From the NCBI GenBank assembly GCA_963708075.1, contig OY970194.1, positions 3,648,001 through 3,712,000 of the forward strand: a stretch of 64,000 bases of DNA, in the 5' to 3' direction. The notes under the pieces were generated by a model, which was not told the DNA's origin, ran no database searches, and saw only the letters and a program-made list of their open reading frames with translations. This DNA is from Sedimentisphaerales bacterium (GTDB taxonomy: Bacteria; Planctomycetota; Phycisphaerae; Sedimentisphaerales; Anaerobacaceae). Positions within the stretch are counted from its first letter, which is position 1. Every line of letters begins with the position of its first letter. Below are positions 1 to 11,744 of this stretch, one piece after another. Both the position numbers and the translations under genes were made by a program.

Positions 1-618
1 CGCGTGGCAGACGACTGGCAACGAATCGAAGGCAACTGGGGCCAACTGAAAGACCTGGCGGACCAGCCGCCGGGCAAAATGGAGGAGGATTGCCGCAACG
101 GCTACGTAGCCGGACTGATCGCCTACTGCAGGATCGCGGATCATTTGAAGGACAAACAGGCCGTCGAGAAAGCTCTGCCGGCTACACGCAAGGCGCTTCG
201 CGAGCGGTTGATGTATGAGTTCGCCTACACCGAGGGAGGACTCATCACAGAGGTACCGGTCTCGCGGAGCATCTTCGCTCGCTGGCGCCATATGACGGCC
301 GAGGTCGGTCGCCTATTGGCCCGGTACGCAGGGCCAACGCATAAGCACCTCATGGATGTGTACGTGGACTACCATCGGCCGACCTGGTACCTGGCCTGGG
401 GCGTCGAAACGATGTGGCGTAACGAGTCGCCCTTCGCATTCCCAACGATGTCCGCCGAGGTTTTCGCCGCACGTGCGTGGGTCCTGAACGAGCCGGTCGA
501 GACGCTGACGCGTTACCTCGATGTCCCCTGGTGCAATGCCGACCTGTTCTACATCCAGAAGCTGGTCTGGTGCCTCGATGCTCACGGCCAGACCACTTGG
601 AGCAACGAATCACAATGA
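1..618 (+). CDS. Hypothetical protein, C-terminal part (gene starts before the window)
   Basis: Open frame from the window edge to TGA at 618, with protein-like composition; converges on the batE-like gene. No recognisable motif. Confidence 0.6.
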   Translation, partial: RVADDWQRIEGNWGQLKDLADQPPGKMEEDCRNGYVAGLIAYCRIADHLKDKQAVEKALPATRKALRERLMYEFAYTEGGLITEVPVSRSIFARWRHMTAEVGRLLARYAGPTHKHLMDVYVDYHRPTWYLAWGVETMWRNESPFAFPTMSAEVFAARAWVLNEPVETLTRYLDVPWCNADLFYIQKLVWCLDAHGQTTWSNESQ

Positions 619-619
619 A

Positions 620-1438
620 TCACACCAGGCCGGCGGTGTCGTCGGGGATCCAGGCTTCGGAGCCGTTGGACAGGATGATGTGAAGCCAGCCGGGACGCTG
701 CTCGACCAATTGAAACTCTGTGCCCGCGTGCAGCGAGTCCTTGAAGCTGGGCGGATAATTCGGACCGTCGCCCTGGCGGGCCACCACCTCGCTCGCCGTG
801 ATGACGCCATAGCGAGTATTTGCCTGGCGGCTCGTCTCGATAGCAGTCGATGCGAGAAGACAGACCAGGAGCACGCCCGAGAGCAACACGGCTGTGAAAG
901 TGACAGGCCTCCGACCAAACCATACCATCAGGGTCAGCCCTATGCACAGGGCCGCGAAGGACAGACACGCCAGAAGGACTCTCGTCTTGAGCACGAGATC
1001 ATAATGCCAGAAGAACAGCGTCTCCAGCACGCGTTTCTCGGCGCCGACCTCCACGGTATCCACTCTCCTGCTCCGGGCGAACGCGAGGTTCTTCTGGATA
1101 TCCACATCGGCTCCATCGAGCTTCCCTGCCCGGCGATAATTCAGAATCGCCCGACCGATATCCTCCTTGAGCAGGTACGCGTTTGCGAGGTTGTAGTAGA
1201 GTCCGGCATTCTCCACCTTGCCCTGATCGATGATCTTCTCGTATAGCAGAGTCGCCTTCTCATAGAGCTGACGGGCGACATCCGGATGATCGGAGGCGGC
1301 ATTCGCCTGCCGGAACGTGGTGTTCGCCTCGTTGAGCAGCGAGTAGAGTTGCTCGCGAGGCAACTGGGCCGATGCAATGGCGGCCATCCCGAACACGATC
1401 GCACCAGACAGAACGATAAGAAGTGTGTGAATTCTCAT
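620..1438 (-). CDS. batE: BatE-like TPR + TM + SH3b protein
   Basis: Signal peptide, TPR motif (YYNLANAYLL..IGRAILNYRRA), two TM helices and a C-terminal SH3-like LHAGTEF..GWLHI..WIP; last gene of the bat operon. Confidence 0.8.
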   Translation of the reverse strand: MRIHTLLIVLSGAIVFGMAAIASAQLPREQLYSLLNEANTTFRQANAASDHPDVARQLYEKATLLYEKIIDQGKVENAGLYYNLANAYLLKEDIGRAILNYRRAGKLDGADVDIQKNLAFARSRRVDTVEVGAEKRVLETLFFWHYDLVLKTRVLLACLSFAALCIGLTLMVWFGRRPVTFTAVLLSGVLLVCLLASTAIETSRQANTRYGVITASEVVARQGDGPNYPPSFKDSLHAGTEFQLVEQRPGWLHIILSNGSEAWIPDDTAGLV

Positions 1439-3232
1439 TTTCCCGATTTCTTCTCTACCTGTCCAATGAGCTGGATCGCCTCAGTCACATGATCCTCCCC
1501 GACATCAGCACCGACGGACGCATACCGGGCGGCCTCACACGCAGCAACCAGTTCCTTGTAGCGTGTCGCCGCGTTCACGTCGCCGGTGGATTGGGCAATG
1601 ATCTGATAACAGTCGTCGGCCGTGAGGGAGGCGGCGATCCTGTCGAAGCGATCCCCGATGTATCCTTTCATCGCCGCCGCCAGCAATTCATGTCGTTCCT
1701 TCGGATCGGCCGATCCCATACTCTTCAACTGCCGCACCGCCGTGCTGCGAGCCTGTCGCCGTCGTTTGCGGGCGAGCAGTTCGGGGCTGGTCCGCCCGGC
1801 AAACCTTATCACCGCGCTGACAATCAAACCGGTCAGCGGAATCGACCAGAGCGCCACGTATGCGGGGCTGGTGATGACCGCCAACGGCGAGATACTCTGA
1901 TTAATCAGGACCTCCGGCACGTAATAGTTCGCCGAAATGCCCTTTTGAATCGCCTCCACCTCCCGATTGACCGGCGAGGAGCCTGTCCCTTGCACGTCGG
2001 CGCTCGTCAGCACTTTCGTCGGCGCCACTTCCACCTTGATCGGATCGGTCCTGGCTACCACGTACTGGCCCTTCTGCGGATCGAAGTACACCAGCGGAAT
2101 CGCCGGGATTTGGACGACACGGTCGTTGTTGGCCCGGATCGTCTGCGTGAAGACCTTGGCACCGTCCTCGACGACAGGGGATGCCTTCTCGGTGGGGATT
2201 CTGAAGTTGTCCGCCAGTTCCGCAATCTGCTCAAGCTGGGGCCATTGCACAGGCTTGAGATACGGATTGCCCCCAATACGCACAGTCAGGGTAATCGGGT
2301 CGCCGACGCTGACTTTCGTTGGCGCGGCCGACGCGGAGATCGTGTACTGCCCGACCAGACCGTAGAATTGGGGCGGCTTGCCCGCCTCCGGCAGCGGCAG
2401 AATCTCCAGCTCGACAGGATCGGATTGCACGGAGACTCGCTTGTACTGGGTCTGAAAGGGGTTGAAAACATCGCCCGTCCGCACGCGACCTGCCGCCATG
2501 TTCGTCGCAACGGTGACCGGATCAAGCCGGATGGAGCCGGCACGCCTCGGGATAAGGACCTTGCTGAACGAGATGATCTGGGCCTCCATGCCCTTGATGA
2601 GCTGACGGCCTCCGGTGATAGTCACCGGGACGCCGTGAATGGCGACCTGCTGGGCAGCCTGGGTAGCGGCAGGCTCGGACAGATCCTCGATGTAGAAGTC
2701 CTCTGACTTGAAGACCGGCACATCAAACGCCCCGCCTTCCACGCGGGCCGTGATGATCCATTTGACGGTCATCACGATGGGCTGCCCGACATAGCATCGC
2801 GTCTCCGAGACCGTGAATTCCACGGAGATCCGGTCGGTCGTCCCCGGCGGCGAGAACCGGCACTTCCACCGGGTTGGTCGTGTACGTCTGATTCCCCACG
2901 GTCACGGTCACGGCCGGCAGGGTCATCTTCCCGGCCTTGCCCGCCGTGATGACGTAGTTCTCCGAATAGCTGACTGTGGTTCGGTCGTTCACGGTTTGGA
3001 CCGAGGTGCCGCCGCCCGCCCGCTGCGGATTGAATGGGGCCAGTGGTGAGATGTCCACCTTGTTTGGTGGTCCCCCGCCCTCGACCACGATGGAGAGCAC
3101 AAACTGATCGCCGGGGTAGATGGTCGTCCCTGCATCGACCTTGGCATAAACTCGCACCGTGGCCGGGTTGCTCGCCGCGGCTGACTGCGCGAGAAGTGCT
3201 ACCCAGAATATGTATACGAAGAGACGATTCAT
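1435..3232 (-). CDS. batD: BatD family protein, frameshift near 2845
   Basis: N-terminal part (MNRLFVYIF..., ATG at 3232) is in one frame and continues in ORF 1435..2823 with BatD motifs (GLVGQYTI, VGDPITLTV, YFDP). Confidence 0.8.
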
Positions 3233-3233
3233 G

Positions 3234-4052
3234 CTACCAGTCTTTGTCCACCTGCTGATATTGTGCCCTTTGTAGAATCTCGCGATCCCTCTTCTGCCGC
3301 TGTTCCCGATCCAGGATTTCCTGAGCCGTCGCATCCGGGGCCATGCGCTGTTCCTGCTGTTGCTTTTGCTCCTGCGCCTGTTGCTGGTCGGGCTGCTGCT
3401 GATCCTTTGCCTGATTGGGGTCCTTCGGCTGAGCTTCTTTTTGCTGCGCCTGATTTGGATCTTGCGGCTGGTTGGGATCGTTCTGAGACTGCTGCTGTTG
3501 CTGCTTCTGTTGGTCCTGCTGGTTCTGCTGTTGCTTCTGTTGCTCCTGCTGCTTCTTGAGCTGATCCATGATGTCCTTGATGGTCAGCCGGGCCACTTCG
3601 ATGTTTCTCGCCGCCTTTTCGTTCTTCGGGTCGATATCGAGCACCTGCCGCCAATGCGTGATGCTCGTCTTCATGTCATCGACGGCCTTCTGCAGGTCGG
3701 AGTCCCGCTGCTTGGAGCCTCGCTGGAAGAAGCAGTTGCCGAGGTTGTACTTGGCCCTGGCGACCAGCGACATATCCTTGCTGCCCGCCGCCACTTCCTG
3801 GTACAGGTCCATCGCCTCGCCAAGATCGTCCATACGATAGTAGCCGTTGCCCTTGTTGAACTTCGGCTCCAGGGCCTGCGGCTGCTCGACCAGGACCTCG
3901 TTGTACTTGTTGATGGCCTCCGTGTACTTCGAGTCTCCGAAAAGCCGGTTGCCCTGCTGCAACGCCTCCCGCGCAGAGTCCGCCCGCGCCGTCTGGATCG
4001 ACGTCGAAATCAGCACAACCAGGATGCAGCTATGCCACGCGTTTGCGTTCAC
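3234..4052 (-). CDS. batC: BatC-like TPR protein with Gln-rich tail
   Basis: Signal peptide, TPRs (FNKGNGYY, YNLGNCFF, ARNIEVAR), Q-rich linker and terminal KDW typical of BatC. Confidence 0.8.
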   Translation of the reverse strand: MNANAWHSCILVVLISTSIQTARADSAREALQQGNRLFGDSKYTEAINKYNEVLVEQPQALEPKFNKGNGYYRMDDLGEAMDLYQEVAAGSKDMSLVARAKYNLGNCFFQRGSKQRDSDLQKAVDDMKTSITHWRQVLDIDPKNEKAARNIEVARLTIKDIMDQLKKQQEQQKQQQNQQDQQKQQQQQSQNDPNQPQDPNQAQQKEAQPKDPNQAKDQQQPDQQQAQEQKQQQEQRMAPDATAQEILDREQRQKRDREILQRAQYQQVDKDW

Positions 4053-5044
4053 CGATCAGTACCTCACCAATCAACAGGACGATGGCCAGCGCGACGAAGA
4101 CCTGGAACTTCTCATCATACTTCATCATGGTCGTCGATTCGAGCTCGCGTTTCTCCGCCGAGGCGATCTGGCTCTCGTAGATCTGGCCCAAATCCATGTC
4201 CGTCCGGGGTGACACCGACAGATGGACCCCGTTCGTCGCATAGGCAACCTCTCGCAGGGTGTCGCTGTCCAGCTTGGACCACACTTCCTGGCCTTTGTAT
4301 TTCAAGAACGTCTTTTCGCCGTTCGGGCCGGTGATCGGGATTCGCGAGCCGGTGGCGTCGTCGCCCAAACCGATGGCGATAATCCGAATCCCCTCCTCAC
4401 CGGCCTTCTTGGCCGCCTCGACAGGGAAACTGTCGTGGTCCTCGCCGTCTGTGATCAGGATCAGATCCTTGTACTGGCGGCTTTGCTTGTCGAAGACCTC
4501 TTCGGTCGCCTTGCGGATGGCATCGCCGATCATCGTGCCACCCCGGCTGGAGCTCTCCGGCGAGATGTCCGCCAGGACCATCCGAACAAATGCGTAGTCC
4601 TGTGTCAACGGGCATTTCACCGTCGCGTTGCCGGCGAATGTGACAATAGCGATGCGGTCGCCGCGCAGAACCTCCAGCAGGTCGCGGATGGCGAGCTTGG
4701 AGGCGCTCGAGCCGGTTCGGCTTGATGTCCTCGGCGAGCATGGACTTCGACGTGTCCAGGAGAATCGCGATGTCGCGGCCCTGGCGGCGGATTTGCTGCG
4801 GCTGCGGGTTCCACTTTGGCTCGGTCAATGCCAGTACGATGCTGACGAAGGCAAGCAGCAGCAGAGCGGCTTTGAGCATCTGCTTTTGCAGACTGACGCC
4901 GCTGTTGATCTTGCGGAGCATCTCGTTGCTGGCCAGGATGCGAAGTGCCAAGGCCTTGCGCCAGAAGCACCAGGCGTACACCGGGATCAGCACCACCGGC
5001 ACCGCAAACAGCAGCCACAACGCTTTGTCATTGCCAAGATTCAT
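4030..5044 (-). CDS. batB: BatB-like vWA protein, frameshift near 4705
   Basis: MNLGNDK...DTSKSMLAEDIKPNRLER in one frame, then CPLTQDY, GGT.IGDAI, ITDGEDH in ORF 4030..4620 (vWA MIDAS motifs). Confidence 0.8.
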
Positions 5045-6135
5045 GGGATCTTCCGAAACACCGTGCAGCCCGCGAGCATCTCCAGGCCCAGCAGCACCAG
5101 GGCAGGCAGGGTCAGCCAACTGAAGTGCTCCGCGTACTGCATGTACTGCACCGATTTGACTTCGGTCTTCTCCAACTCATCAATCCTCTTCACAACCTTG
5201 CGAAGCGAATCGGCATCGTCGGCCCGGCTGTAGAAACCGCCCGTTTTGTTGGCAATCGCCTTGAGCAACCCTTCGTCCAGTTCCTCCGCCGCAGGCATGC
5301 GGAACGTGCCCAGCGGGGTCTGCATCGTCGTATATGCCTGGCCCGACCCGATACCGATTGTGTAAATCTTGATCCCCCACTGCTTTGCGAGCTCCGCGGC
5401 CTCCAGAGGGTCGTACTGGCCCATGTTGTTGCGGCCATCGGTCAGGAGGATCATGGCCTTGCTCTTGATTTTGAAATTGTCCTTGACGGCTTCCTGCGCC
5501 CTGTCTCCGCCGGCGAACCCCAGGCCGGCATTGCGGCGGTGGAGTTCCTCCTCGGCTTTTCTCAGGCGGGCCGCCGCCAGGGCGATGGCATCGCCGATCG
5601 ACGTGCCGTCCTCGTTTCGCATCGCGACGATTTCCGTCTTCTTCAGGAATTCGGTCAGGACGTTATGGCTGAGCACGAGCGGGCAGGTGGTGTCCGCATA
5701 GCGGGCAAACGTCACCAGTCCGATCAGGTCGCCCGTCCGGCCGCCCAGGCCTTTCTTGTCGCCTTCGATGAAGTCCGCCAGGACCCGCTTGACTGCCTCC
5801 AGCCGGTTCAGGTTCTCGCCATAGTAGTCCATCTCCGCGTTCATGCTGCCGGAGTGGTCCACCACCGCCTCGATGGCGACGCCCTCCGTGGAGATTTCCG
5901 ACAGGACGGTCCCCTTGCGAGGCCGGGCCAGGGCGAGAATCAGCAGCGCCAGGCACAGCAGCCGGGCGACGACCAGCACCGGCCGCAGCCGCAGCCGCCA
6001 TGAAACTGGGCAACGCCGCATGTCCACAAGACTGGGGAACTTCACCGCCGCACCACGCTTCTTGCGCAGCAGCAGGTATCCCAGCACGGGAAGCACAAGC
6101 AACAGCAGCAATGCCCATGGCGAATACAACTGCAT
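5041..6135 (-). CDS. batA: BatA-like vWA protein
   Basis: N-terminal TM and LARP motif, DHSGSM MIDAS, GTSIGDAI, LLTDGRNN, KIYTIGIG. Confidence 0.88.
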   Translation of the reverse strand: MQLYSPWALLLLLVLPVLGYLLLRKKRGAAVKFPSLVDMRRCPVSWRLRLRPVLVVARLLCLALLILALARPRKGTVLSEISTEGVAIEAVVDHSGSMNAEMDYYGENLNRLEAVKRVLADFIEGDKKGLGGRTGDLIGLVTFARYADTTCPLVLSHNVLTEFLKKTEIVAMRNEDGTSIGDAIALAAARLRKAEEELHRRNAGLGFAGGDRAQEAVKDNFKIKSKAMILLTDGRNNMGQYDPLEAAELAKQWGIKIYTIGIGSGQAYTTMQTPLGTFRMPAAEELDEGLLKAIANKTGGFYSRADDADSLRKVVKRIDELEKTEVKSVQYMQYAEHFSWLTLPALVLLGLEMLAGCTVFRKIP

Positions 6136-7226
6136 CTATCTTACTCCGAAGGTCCCACGCCGCCGGTTCTCAGGCACAGTCGTCTCCTGTTCCTGCACCT
6201 TGTCGGTCACATCCACTTTGCGTTCATCAGACCGGGTCTTCTCGATAAAGTCCTTCACCAGGTCGAACGTCTGTTGAACCTGTTCCGTCGTCGGCTCGTG
6301 TTTGGCGAATTTCACCAAGTCGCAATGTGTCAGGAACTCTCCAAGCATTTCCTTGTACGATGAAGAAAGCGCGTCGGCGAATCGCAGCTCCGCCAGGAAT
6401 TCTTCCGTGGTTCGCTCGGCGCGCGCAGATCGAAGCGGTCCTCAATGTAGTGCCTCAGGATGCCGCTGATGCGATCATAGAATTCCTTGATCCTGCCCGC
6501 CTCGACCAGCTCTTCAGCGACAAGGGCCCGCAAGCGTGCGTAGGCAAGCTCGTGCGCAGGCCGGAAGATTCGCACCAGTTCCTTCGCCCGCCGGCTGCGC
6601 AGCAGAAGCCATCCGGCCGGGACCGCCGCGACACCGAGCAGACCCAGTCCCCAGAGCCACCATCGTAAAGGCTTCTTAGGCATCGCGACCACGCCCTCGA
6701 TATCCTCGATCACCAGCTTGGCTCTCTGCTCGCCAAGCAGGGACGTCACCTCCACCGGGACCGGCTCGCTGGCCAATTCGTGTTTGGAGTTGGGGTCGTT
6801 GACATCGTGGAACTCAAACGTGAACACCGGGATTTCGTACTTGCCCGACAGGAAAGGCTCCAGCCGATACTGATACGTCGTCACGACGTTGTTCTTGTCA
6901 TCCAGCTTGTTGCCGAGATTGTCCCAGTCCACAATACCGAAGTTCTCGAGCACCTTGTCCACCTTGGGCATTTGCAGCTCATACCCCTGCTGCACGCTCG
7001 CTTCGAGCTGCAGCAGGACCGTGTCGGCAATGCTCATTTTCGTCTTGTCCAGCCGGACATGGACCGACGCAGGCCCCCGCTCGTAGATCTTATCCACTTC
7101 AAACGCGGTCTTGCCCGCCCGCTCTTTGGAATCCTTTCCGCAGCCCGCGCACATGAGCATCAGACTCGCGCCGGCGAGCAGACATATCTGGAGCCATCGT
7201 CTTATCATCGCGTTCAGTTCACTCAT
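6136..7226 (-). CDS. Membrane-anchored bat-operon hypothetical protein, frameshift near 6420
   Basis: ORF 6330..7226 (lipoprotein-like signal, TM, ILRHYIEDRF) continues in the frame of 6136..6348 (TTEEFL..., DLVKFAK), a motif seen in this operon position. Confidence 0.7.
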
Positions 7227-8611
7227 GGCTTCGGCTGCACGCTGTTCGGGTCTTTCTGCTCGACGGGGGCCAGGACCGCTGTATGGATGATCACGCCATG
7301 CTTGTCCATCATCTCGCGGATGTACTCGCGCTGCACGTCCTCGCGCTTCTGCCGCAATAGCTGCATCGTGACCTGCTGCTGGACTTCGTCAAAGCTCATC
7401 TGTCGCTGCGGATGCTTCTCCTCGACCTTGATCACCTCCCAGCCCTTGTCGGTCTTGAAGGGCTTTTCGAGGACTGCCGGCGCATTGGCGGCGAAGATTG
7501 CATCGTTGATCGCGTTCGAGTCGCCGATGCCGGGGACAGAGGAACCCTTGACGACATCGCCCTGGATCAGTCCGCCGCTGGCCTTCGTGCTCTCATCCTC
7601 GGATGACTGCTTCGCCAATTCCGCGAAATCCTCGCCCTGCTTGAGGCCGTTCAGCAGCGCGTTGGCCCGTGCTTCATCGCTCACGCGGATGTGGCGTATC
7701 CTCGCACGCTCAGGCTCGACGTACTGATCCTTATTGGCCGTGTAATACGTTTGCACGTCCGTGTCCGTAATATGGATGCGCGAGGCGAGCTGCTCATTCA
7801 TCAATTGCTGGCTCAGCGCCCCCCGCGTCAGCTCGTGCATAAGCCGCTTCACCTCAGGCTTCTCGCCCAGTTCCTCCTGCAGTGCCTGACGATACAGGAT
7901 TTCCTGGGCCAGCCAGCCCGGCAGGAATTCCTGCTTCGCTTGCGGATTTCGGGACTGTTCCAGCGCGCGTTTTTTCTGCTCGTTGAACTGCTCCGGCGTC
8001 ATGAATGCCTTCATCGCCGCCAACTGGTTTTCAATGCTCTCCTCGATCAAGGCATCCAACTGCGATTCCGTGATCTTCTCGGCGCCGATTTCCGCGACGA
8101 CCTTGCCGCCGGCAGACTGCGATGGATTGAGACTGGTGCGATCCATCAGCTCGTAGCGCAGGGCGGAGAACTTGCCCAGATTCTCGAAGCATTCCTGCAC
8201 GTGAGCATTGATCTGCGGGCTAAGCTCGCCGACCTTGGCGGCCGCCTCGCTGCGATAGAAATGACCGATGGCCTGGCCGGGGAGCCCCGCTTTCTGCAAC
8301 AGGACACCGATCTGGAAATGAATCCGCGCGCGTTCGGGGCCGTCAAGTCCGGCCGTTGCCAGATAGTCCTGCCATGCAACAGCCGCCTGTTCATACAGGT
8401 TTCGCTGGGCCAGCTTCGACGCCAGGTCCTTGACCTGCTCCGCCGAGAGTCCCTGGCCCGCAGGAGACCCGCCCCGCCTTGAAGATAGCGTGACGACCAG
8501 GTTCACGACTGCCAGGATCACCAAGCCCGTAAGCAGCAGCACTGTGAAAGCGCCTGCCGCCGAGCTGCGTGACTTCTTCTGTGGAAGCGAGAAATCCAGC
8601 TTTTCTGCCAT
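7223..8611 (-). CDS. Parvulin (PpiC-type) peptidyl-prolyl isomerase with N-terminal TM/TPR
   Basis: ARIRHI, GEDFAELAKQSSED, GG and GWEVIKVE rotamase motifs. Confidence 0.85.
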   Translation of the reverse strand: MAEKLDFSLPQKKSRSSAAGAFTVLLLTGLVILAVVNLVVTLSSRRGGSPAGQGLSAEQVKDLASKLAQRNLYEQAAVAWQDYLATAGLDGPERARIHFQIGVLLQKAGLPGQAIGHFYRSEAAAKVGELSPQINAHVQECFENLGKFSALRYELMDRTSLNPSQSAGGKVVAEIGAEKITESQLDALIEESIENQLAAMKAFMTPEQFNEQKKRALEQSRNPQAKQEFLPGWLAQEILYRQALQEELGEKPEVKRLMHELTRGALSQQLMNEQLASRIHITDTDVQTYYTANKDQYVEPERARIRHIRVSDEARANALLNGLKQGEDFAELAKQSSEDESTKASGGLIQGDVVKGSSVPGIGDSNAINDAIFAANAPAVLEKPFKTDKGWEVIKVEEKHPQRQMSFDEVQQQVTMQLLRQKREDVQREYIREMMDKHGVIIHTAVLAPVEQKDPNSVQPKP

Positions 8612-8639
8612 TGTCCTCTATCACCTCACCTGTTTGCCA

Positions 8640-9515
8640 TCAACGTCGCCGATGCCGCATATGGAAAAACTGAATCAGATCGTTCATATATGGCTTGTCT
8701 GTCGCAATCGGGATGAAATCCACGTTGCTGGATCGGAACAAGCCTTTCAGCTCATCGAACCGCCGCGAGCTGCGGTCGTCGTACTGGCTGCGGAACCTGC
8801 GGCTGGAGGTGTCGACGAGCATAATCTCGCCCGTCTCGGCGTCCTGTACCTCGATCAGGCCCACCGAGGGCATGGCGATCTCCACGCGATCGCGGACCGG
8901 CACGGCGACCACGTCGTGACGCTTGCTCAGCAGGCTCAGCGGCTTCTTGAAGCCTGTCTCGATGAAGTCGGAGACCACGAACACGGTGGCGCGCTTGCGC
9001 ATCACCTTCGCCAGGTAGTCCAACGCCAGCGGGATATTCGTCTTACGCTTGGGCATCTTGAAGGCGAGCAGTTCGCGAATCAGCCGCAGGACGTGCCGGC
9101 TGCCCTTCTTCGGCGGGATGAACAGCTCGATCCGGTCTGTGAAGATCATCAGCCCGACTTTATCATTGTTCTTGGCCGCCGCGAACGCCAGGACCGCACA
9201 GAACTCCGCCGCCAGCTCGTTCTTCATCTTGTTGACCGTGCCGAACTCGCCGGAGGCACTGAGGTCCACAGCGAACAGCACCGTCAGCTCCCGCTCCTCG
9301 ACGAATCGCTTGATGAAGGGTTTGCCCGTGCGTGCGGTGACGTTCCAGTCGATGGCCCGGATGTCGTCGCCGGGGGTGTACTCGCGGACCTCGTCGAACT
9401 GCATCCCCCGGCCCCTGAAAACGCTCTCATACTGGCCCGCGAAGCTGGCGTTGACCATGCGGGAGGTGTAAATCTGTATCTGCCGTATTCGCTTGATCAG
9501 GTCTTGTGGAATCAT
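8640..9515 (-). CDS. DUF58 domain protein
   Basis: GRGMQFDEVREYTPGDDIRAIDWNVTAR, FVEERE; directly follows MoxR. Confidence 0.92.
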   Translation of the reverse strand: MIPQDLIKRIRQIQIYTSRMVNASFAGQYESVFRGRGMQFDEVREYTPGDDIRAIDWNVTARTGKPFIKRFVEERELTVLFAVDLSASGEFGTVNKMKNELAAEFCAVLAFAAAKNNDKVGLMIFTDRIELFIPPKKGSRHVLRLIRELLAFKMPKRKTNIPLALDYLAKVMRKRATVFVVSDFIETGFKKPLSLLSKRHDVVAVPVRDRVEIAMPSVGLIEVQDAETGEIMLVDTSSRRFRSQYDDRSSRRFDELKGLFRSSNVDFIPIATDKPYMNDLIQFFHMRHRRR

Positions 9516-9524
9516 AGGGGAATC

Positions 9525-9546
9525 GGTGGGGCAAGCCCCACCCTGC
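9525..9546 (-). repeat. REP-like palindrome (G[CT]AGGGTGGGGCTTGCCCCACC)
   Basis: GGTGGGGCAAGCCCCACC hairpin; identical core at 30380-30401. Confidence 0.7.
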
Positions 9547-9552
9547 CACTTC

Positions 9553-10542
<990 letters not shown>

Positions 10543-10724
10543 AAAGACTTTCCCCAACTAAGTTTACAAAAACCGTAGATCCTCAAACCCTACCCAGTCG
10601 GACGGACTGGTCTTTATGCGCGTCGCACGCAACGCGTGCCCGAAACTACGTCGCAAGCCGCCAAAAGGTTCTCTTGTACAGGAAGGAAGGCCCGCTTTCA
10701 AGAGGCCAACCTGGCTGCCGCCAA

Positions 10725-10753
10725 ATAGGACCAATAGGACAGATCGGACCTAT
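10725..10753 (-). repeat. Short tandem 9-mer repeat (ATAGGTCCT-like)
   Basis: The minus strand reads cataggtccgatctgtcctattggtcctatt and includes the nfi stop codon. Confidence 0.65.
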
Positions 10754-11481
10754 GATTTCAGTCGACTAACGGCCTGATGGGCCAGGCGGGTAGGCTCGGG
10801 AATACGGTATCTCGTTGTGCAGGCAAGGGTTATGCGAATCGCGTCTTCCAGCGTGCACTTATGACCCACGGACACAAAGACCGGCCTGACCCGGCTCCGC
10901 GTCCGGACGACCGCCCCGATCACCTCCCGGCCATCATACAGCAAGCTGTACGCCCCCTTCTGAGGATCGGGCTCTTTATACGTGCCGATCAGGCGGCTCT
11001 TGGCGCAGCCGATGGTAGGCTTATCGAGGAACAAACCCAGGTGCGAGGCCAATCCCAGCCGGCGGGGATGCGCCACCCCCTGCCCATCGATCATGAACAG
11101 ATCCGGCTGCCGACGGAGTCTCCCCACCGCCTCCAAGCACACTGGCGCCTCCCGAAAGGACAACAGCCCGGGAATATAAGGAAAACGTGTCTCCTGCTCT
11201 GCTGCGGCCGTCTCAACATGCTCGAACCCGAAGGCCAAAGGCAATGTGGCACCCCCGCCCTCGGGGGTAATGGTTTCCCAGCCGGGGGCGGCTGGGCTAC
11301 ACACCTTCAGCACAACCACCGCCGCGAAAGTCCGTTTGCCGTCCTTGCTGAACGCACAATCCAGCCCCGCGATGAGCCGGGGCTTCTCCTTCAATGGCAC
11401 GAGCTCTACGCGCCCGGCCAATTCCGTCTGCAACCGTCGGGCCTCGGCATACGAGAGATTCCATTCGTGCAGGTTGCGCAT
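10750..11481 (-). CDS. nfi: Endonuclease V, with an in-frame REP-derived insertion
   Basis: IAGLD, FPYIPGLLSFRE, DGQGVAHPRRLGLASH, IGCAKSRL, PVFVSVGH, RIPEPTRLAH. Confidence 0.95.
   Translation of the reverse strand: MRNLHEWNLSYAEARRLQTELAGRVELVPLKEKPRLIAGLDCAFSKDGKRTFAAVVVLKVCSPAAPGWETITPEGGGATLPLAFGFEHVETAAAEQETRFPYIPGLLSFREAPVCLEAVGRLRRQPDLFMIDGQGVAHPRRLGLASHLGLFLDKPTIGCAKSRLIGTYKEPDPQKGAYSLLYDGREVIGAVVRTRSRVRPVFVSVGHKCTLEDAIRITLACTTRYRIPEPTRLAHQAVSRLKS
11245..11302 (-). repeat. REP doublet inside nfi
   Basis: Minus strand GTAGCCCAGCCGCCCCCGGCTGGG...ACCCCCGAGGGCGGGGGTGCCACA; near-identical element at 41950-42003. Confidence 0.8.
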
Positions 11482-11503
11482 CCGCCCTCCGCAAGCCGGC
11501 CTG

Positions 11504-11740
11504 TTATCTCTTGGTGAACAGGTCCTCGAACAGCTCCTCGGCCCTGGCATATCCCTCTTCCGTGAGAATCACGGACAGGGCTTTGCTCTTGGGGTTGCTG
11601 ATATAGCCCTTTTCATGCAGACGATTCATCGTCTCCCAATCAAAGGATTTCCAGGCCCGAGCCCCGAACTTGTCCTTGGACGTGACCAGGAAAAGGAGGG
11701 CTAACGTGAAGTCGTCGATCTTGTCGTAATCCATGTCCAT
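11504..11740 (-). CDS. DUF6429-like small winged-helix protein
   Basis: IDDFTLALL..., RAWKSFDWETMNRLHEKGYISNPKSKA.SV.LTEEG. Confidence 0.75.
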   Translation of the reverse strand: MDMDYDKIDDFTLALLFLVTSKDKFGARAWKSFDWETMNRLHEKGYISNPKSKALSVILTEEGYARAEELFEDLFTKR

Positions 11741-11744
11741 CGGA

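Noticed and set aside
3340..3560. CAG-rich low-complexity tract and poly-Leu ORF 3360..4334
   Set aside because: Ordinary Gln-rich BatC linker and its antisense reading.
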